The notes under the pieces: model-generated
The model's input: the letters and a program-made list of their open reading frames with translations, nothing else
Told to the model about the DNA's origin: nothing
The model's database searches: none
In this document: positions 59,504-64,000 of the stretch, in pieces
Position numbering within the stretch: the first letter of the stretch is position 1
Layout: every line of letters begins with the position of its first letter
DNA from: Rhynchocyon petersi
Lineage: Eukaryota
Direction: 5' to 3'
Assembly (NCBI GenBank): GCA_043290085.1
Contig: CM091797.1
Location: forward strand, 22,366,880 to 22,430,879
Length of the DNA stretch: 64,000 nucleotides
Made by a program: the position numbers and the translations under genes

Positions 59504-59659
59504 TTGAAATGAGTTGTCAGTGCAGCTTCTGACCACGAGACCACACCAAATGTAAAGGATACTGGGAAATGTAGTCTCTGGCTAAAACCCTTGGAAATCG
59601 GACGGAGGGGGTCATTAAGAGTCAGAACTGAGTTGATGGCAACGAGCTTGAGTTGTTTT

Positions 59660-59870
59660 TTTTGCTTGTGGTGTGGTCAGTGCATTGGGCTGTAAGCTAC
59701 AAGGTTGGCATTTGGAGCCCACTGGTTGCTGCAGGGGAGAAGAGAGGAGGTAATCTGCTTCCATAGACATTGGCAGCCTTGACACCCCTGTAAGTGGTTC
59801 ACGTCTGTCCTCAGGGTTTCTCAGAGGCAAACGGACCCATTTGAAATGAGTTTGTTTGGTGTTTTGAAGT
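59660..59870 (+). mobile_element. AfroSINE-type SINE (family B), intronic
   Basis: ggtgtggtcagtgcattgggctgtaagctacaaggttggcatttggagcccactggttgctgcagggg... Confidence 0.65.
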
Positions 59871-60174
59871 AGCTGATTAGTAAGTAATAAGTGGCATTAT
59901 GGAAACATCCAGAATCCCCAACAAGTCACACAGAGGCATGAAGCGAGCCCAGACCGTTGGGAAAGTGGAGCTGGGTAGATGTCCTCAGGGGCAGAGTTAC
60001 CACAAAGCTTCCGTTTGTGAAAAACATCTGTGAAGCACAATAAAGCAAAGTGGACCTGTAATGGGCTCAGCTCTGTGTAGACATGAGTGGGTGACCAGCC
60101 AGCAGATCTTGTCATCCCTGAGTCTCGCGAGGTCTGTGGTCCACCTGCACAGCCTCCCCGTCTCCTGTCTGCAG

Positions 60175-60270
60175 ATGCTGTACACAGACGCCATGAGGGC
60201 CCTGGAAGAGCTGATGGAGAACCTCATGCAGTGGCAGCTGGACCCCAAAATGCTTCAGGAGATGGTGCAG
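60175..60270 (+). CDS. Coding exon: MLYTDAMRALEELMENLMQWQLDPKMLQEMVQ
   Basis: Acceptor ctcctgtctgcag|, donor cag|gtgagt. Confidence 0.85.
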
Positions 60271-61124
60271 GTGAGTTGTGTCCCTGGGGGCCTGAACCTC
60301 TCCCCCAGCCCTATCCAGATCCTGCTCCCAGGGCCCAGCTCTCCATAGGAACCAAGAGGTTCCTATCTGGTAAAGTCTGGTCACCGCATGTGTGTCCCAG
60401 GGCTGTCTTGAAAAAGTCACACAGACTGGGTGGCCAATTAGAAGAATCTATACCACCCCAGGTCAGGGGCTAGAGCTCTGAAATGAGGATTTCTGTCACC
60501 CTCATGCTCCCTCTGAAAGTGCTGAGAGAAGATGTGTTCTGCTATGGTCCACCTTCTGGGGTTCTCAGACATCCCTGGGCTTGCATCAGTGCCTGGCTCC
60601 AACATCAGATGCTTCTTCCTCTGTGTCACTCTCCAGGCCTCTTCTTCTCTTTCAAAAGAGACCACTCATGCAGGGTTAGGACCACCTCTATTCCTGTATG
60701 GCTTCACATCTACTTCTCTGATAACATACTCAAAGACCCCGTTTCCAAACAAGATCAGCTTCACAAGTACTGGGGTCTCCAAAACAAATTCAGGAGGACT
60801 TCATGAAATCCTTGACAATAGTGAAATCCTTCACTTTGTAGTTGGAACAGAGGTCCAATATTTGGGGGGAAAGTCCAATATCTGGAATAGTGTCAAGAGT
60901 AGAACCTACAAAGCAGGCCTGTGTACTCTTCCCTCGGGTTCTCCCACTGTTTCCTCAACTTCGCACTCATGCCCCTCCTGCTAGTCCCCTTCCTCCTCTT
61001 CCTCCCTCTCACACACACTCCTTTTTGCCATAGTGAGAGTTGTTGCACACATCACAAAGGAGAACATAACAGGACAATGACAAAAATGAAGATTTTTGGA
61101 GGGGATATTGTAACCCACGGTTGT

Positions 61125-61640
61125 TGTTGTTAGGTGCCGTAGAGTCAGATTCCACTCAAATCTAACCAATGAATAGCAGATCAGACACCTGCCCTCTCCT
61201 GCATCTTCCTAGCCATCCCTGACTCGTGCAAGCCCATCCACGCAGTCACTGTGCCCATGGAGCTCGTGGAGGGTCTCCCTGTCCTCTTCTGATCCATCAC
61301 CCTTCCAAGCATGATGTCCCTTTCCAGGGCACAGAGTCTTCTAGCAAAATGCCTGTTGGCCTAGTAGTTAGGAGCTGTGCTGCCATTCTGAAGGCATGCA
61401 GTTCGAATCATCCAGCTGCTCTGCAGGAGAACGTGTGGAGCGGAGTCGACTCCCATACGATTAGCTGCCACTGACAACCCACTGGAGGGGGCAGCTATAG
61501 GTCGGTCACAACTCAATAGTAACTAACTACAACAACAACACAACGCCCAAAGTATGTGATGTGAAGATTCACCATTCTTTCCTCCAAGGAGCACCCTAGT
61601 TGCATTTTCTCTGAGACTTACTGGTTTGTTTGGCAAGCCG
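61125..61640 (-). mobile_element. RTE/BovB-type LINE 3' end (minus), split by a nested plus-strand family A SINE at 61351-61544
   Basis: gttgttgttgttaggtgccgtagagtcagattccactcaaatc... continuing after the SINE as ...cgcccaaagtatgtgatgtgaagattcaccattctttcctccaaggagcaccc. Confidence 0.8.
61351..61544 (+). mobile_element. SINE family A nested in RTE
   Basis: gcctgttggcctagtagttaggagctgtgctgccattctgaaggcatgcagttcgaatcatccagctgctctgcagg... Confidence 0.8.
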
Positions 61641-62162
61641 GGGAATATGGTGCACTCTTCTCCTGTCTCTCTCATCCTGACTGGCATGTGCTATCAATGA
61701 TATTGTTGGGTCATTGTTTATGGTTCATAGTCAAACGTCACTCATTTTTCATTCCCATGTGGGTTATTGGCCCAACCCTGTCCTTTCTAGCCATCCCTCC
61801 CTGATCCTGGAGAATTAACATTCCTGTTTCTTGTGACATTTAGCTGTCCTCTCTCCTTGGGCTGCCTCAGTCTGGGCCAGTTCTTCGGTCTCTGCCCTTG
61901 CTAACCTTGGCATCCTTGAAGGCACTGGCCAGTTTGCTTCTTGAAACATTGGGGTGCTGCCTCCTTATTACTGAGTTTCTGGAGGTTTGATATTTTAAGG
62001 AGGCAAATTTTCTATCAAATGTGTGATTTACTAAGATGTTCTACCCGTTTATGCAGGTGATTTCAATCGTTTACCAATTCCTTCTTCTGAAGAACAAGAA
62101 ATTTCCATTCACTTCGGTACATGCCTGTATCTATATCCTTATCTCTATCTCCATATGAGTTC

Positions 62163-62340
62163 TAGTGAATTAGTGGTAAGGAACTGAGCTGCCAACCCAA
62201 AGGCTCTAGTTTCAGATCCTCCAACTGTTCTGCAGGAGAAAGAGTGGCATCAACTCCTGTGCAATTCAGAGCCTCTGACTAACCCACCAGAGTGTCAGGT
62301 ATGACTCGGTCCTGACTGGACAGTACCTAACACCAACAGT
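62163..62340 (+). mobile_element. SINE family A (diverged)
   Basis: gtgaattagtggtaaggaactgagctgccaacccaaaggctctagtttcagatcctccaactgttctgcaggagaaagagtggcatcaactcc. Confidence 0.75.
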
Positions 62341-62524
62341 GGTAATAAACATAGCTAAATAGAGACAGATAGAAACATGTATCTCACCGCCCTGTGCTGT
62401 AAAATGGAGGATAGCTGTGACTCCAAACTTCTCCATCGTAGTAGTCGTTTTCATATGGATTTACATCCACACACATACGTATTTACACACATATGCCTAT
62501 ACACCTCCACATCGATATATGTCT

Positions 62525-62697
62525 GGGGGTCTAGTGCAAAGGGGTTGTGCTGCCAACCCAAAAGTCAGTGGTTCATGGTTCAAGTTCCGTAGTTGTTCTC
62601 TGAGGGAAAGGTGGGCAGTCTCCTCCTGTGCCGTCTTCTGTCTTGCAAAACCCGCTGGAAGGTCATCTCTGATTCGGTTCTGACTTGACAACACATC
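62525..62697 (+). mobile_element. SINE family A (diverged); its 3' tail runs into the satellite below
   Basis: gggggtctagtgcaaaggggttgtgctgccaacccaaaagtcagtggttcatggttcaagttccgtag. Confidence 0.7.
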
Positions 62698-62699
62698 AT

Positions 62700-63110
62700 A
62701 AAATACATCCACACATCCACACATAAATGCATCCACACTTACATACATATATACATACACACATACATACACACATACATCTACACATACACACATGCAT
62801 ACATCCACACATACATACATCCACACATACTTATACACATTCACACATACATACATCCACACATACATACATACAGACACACACACATACACATATTCAC
62901 ACATACATACATGCATAGATACATACATACATACACACATACATTCACACATACATACATCCACACATACATCCACACATCCAGACATCCATCCATCCAT
63001 ACATACACACATACATACATCCATACATATATACACAAGATATGTACAGCTACATATCTACCTATCTTTCTATCTATGTATGTATGTCTCCATTTATCAA
63101 ATGTGACATA
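62700..63110. repeat. Complex (CATA)n/(CACATA)n/(CATCCA)n satellite, about 400 bp
   Basis: catacatacatccacacatacatac... read directly; a shorter related tract lies at 62450-62520. Confidence 0.95.
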
Positions 63111-63312
63111 CACTTGCCATGTTATTTGTTTGTATGCCTATAATCTGTGACATTATTTACCTTTATTTCTTGTATAATCATCAAGGAGTTTCTAAGTTTG
63201 ATGAAAACTCAGTTGTGTTTCAATAACAAAAGAGACAAAACAAACGTTATGTATAAGTGAACCCTGAAATTCAAACCATCTTGTTCAAGACTCAACTATA
63301 TCCTGGTGAAGT

Positions 63313-63489
63313 TGTTGTTGTTAGGTACCGTCGAGTCGGGACCAACTCATAGCTGACCCTCCAGCGGGCTCTCAGAGGCATTAAATCACATGGGAGTTGA
63401 CACCTCTCTTTCTGTGCGGAGCCTCTGGTGGATTCCAGCGCAAGCCTTTGAGGTTGCCGTGCCGCTCCTTACCAGTAGGCCACCAGAGC
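63313..63489 (-). mobile_element. SINE family A (minus), inside about 47-bp direct repeats (63266-63312 and 63586-63632)
   Basis: gttgttgttgttaggtaccgtcgagtcgggaccaactcatagctgaccctccagcgggc...ccttaccagtaggccaccagagc. Confidence 0.8.
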
Positions 63490-63845
63490 TTCCTGGTGTA
63501 AGTGATAAAAAAATGTAAGCTCCCTGGTGTAAGGGATACAAAATGCAGTGAAATCTAAAATTCTCTATGTCTGTCTGGACTCTGAAATGGAAGCCATCTT
63601 GTTCAAGATTCAACTGTATCCCGGTGAAGAGTAGGAACATTTTCTCTGTGTCCATGGCTTCCTTTCTCTGATCGGATGGGGTCTTGAAAGAAACCAAAAG
63701 TGTCTAGAAACTCAGAGAAGCATTGAGATTCACACTCTGAAGAGGGGAGACCCAGGAAAGGCATTCTCTGTCTGGGACAGGGTCGGCCCCAAGATGTGCA
63801 TGCCCATGACCACACTGTTCTCTGTGTTATGTATTCTCTTCACAG

Positions 63846-63950
63846 CTCCTGGAGAAGTGGATTTTGTCGCCGAAATATTGGGAGCGGGAGAAAGCCCTGA
63901 ATGTCTTTCTTGCCTTGATGCAGACCTATATGCGGAGTGTGGGCATCTGT
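63846..63950 (+). CDS. Coding exon: LLEKWILSPKYWEREKALNVFLALMQTYMRSVGIC; the gene continues beyond the window
   Basis: Acceptor ttctcttcacag|, donor tgt|gtgagt at 63951. Confidence 0.8.
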
Positions 63951-64000
63951 GTGAGTCTATCACATCCTACCCAGGGCTGGCCCCTTTGACAAGCACAGTT

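Noticed and set aside
62497-63150. His/Thr/Tyr-rich and Cys/Val/Met-rich ORFs (179 aa, 103 aa, 90 aa, 79 aa, 63 aa) on both strands
   Set aside because: Pure translation of the (CATA/CACATA)n satellite in different frames

Overview
This window is not prokaryotic. It is mammalian nuclear DNA, almost certainly from an afrotherian genome. The evidence is dozens of tRNA-derived SINE copies, including AfroSINE-type elements whose 3' tails are shared with RTE/BovB LINEs, plus many RTE/BovB LINE fragments encoding the characteristic ...RIDAFELWCWRRVL...KRGRPSTRW...AVHRVAMSR.RLD tail. There are also a few L1 fragments, microsatellites, GT-rich minisatellites and a roughly 1.7 kb CpG island at about 10.85 to 12.56 kb. 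No operon, CRISPR array or defense-system-like architecture exists here. The provided six-frame ORF track is overwhelmingly spurious (GC-rich chance ORFs, translated repeats, TE ORFs). The one real host gene I can support is a large multi-exon gene on the + strand occupying about 35.7 kb to the end of the window. I reconstructed at least 26 coding exons with canonical splice sites and fully consistent intron phases. The encoded protein is an alpha-helical HEAT/ARM-like repeat protein. My best recognition is the maestro heat-like repeat (MROH) family, with the paralog unresolved. A candidate ATG exon sits at 35785, and the upstream CpG island about 24 kb away is plausibly its promoter with a non-coding first exon. 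A possible 3'-terminal coding exon of a different upstream + strand gene lies at 2107 to 2217. All coordinates of repeats are approximate (about +/- 10 bp).
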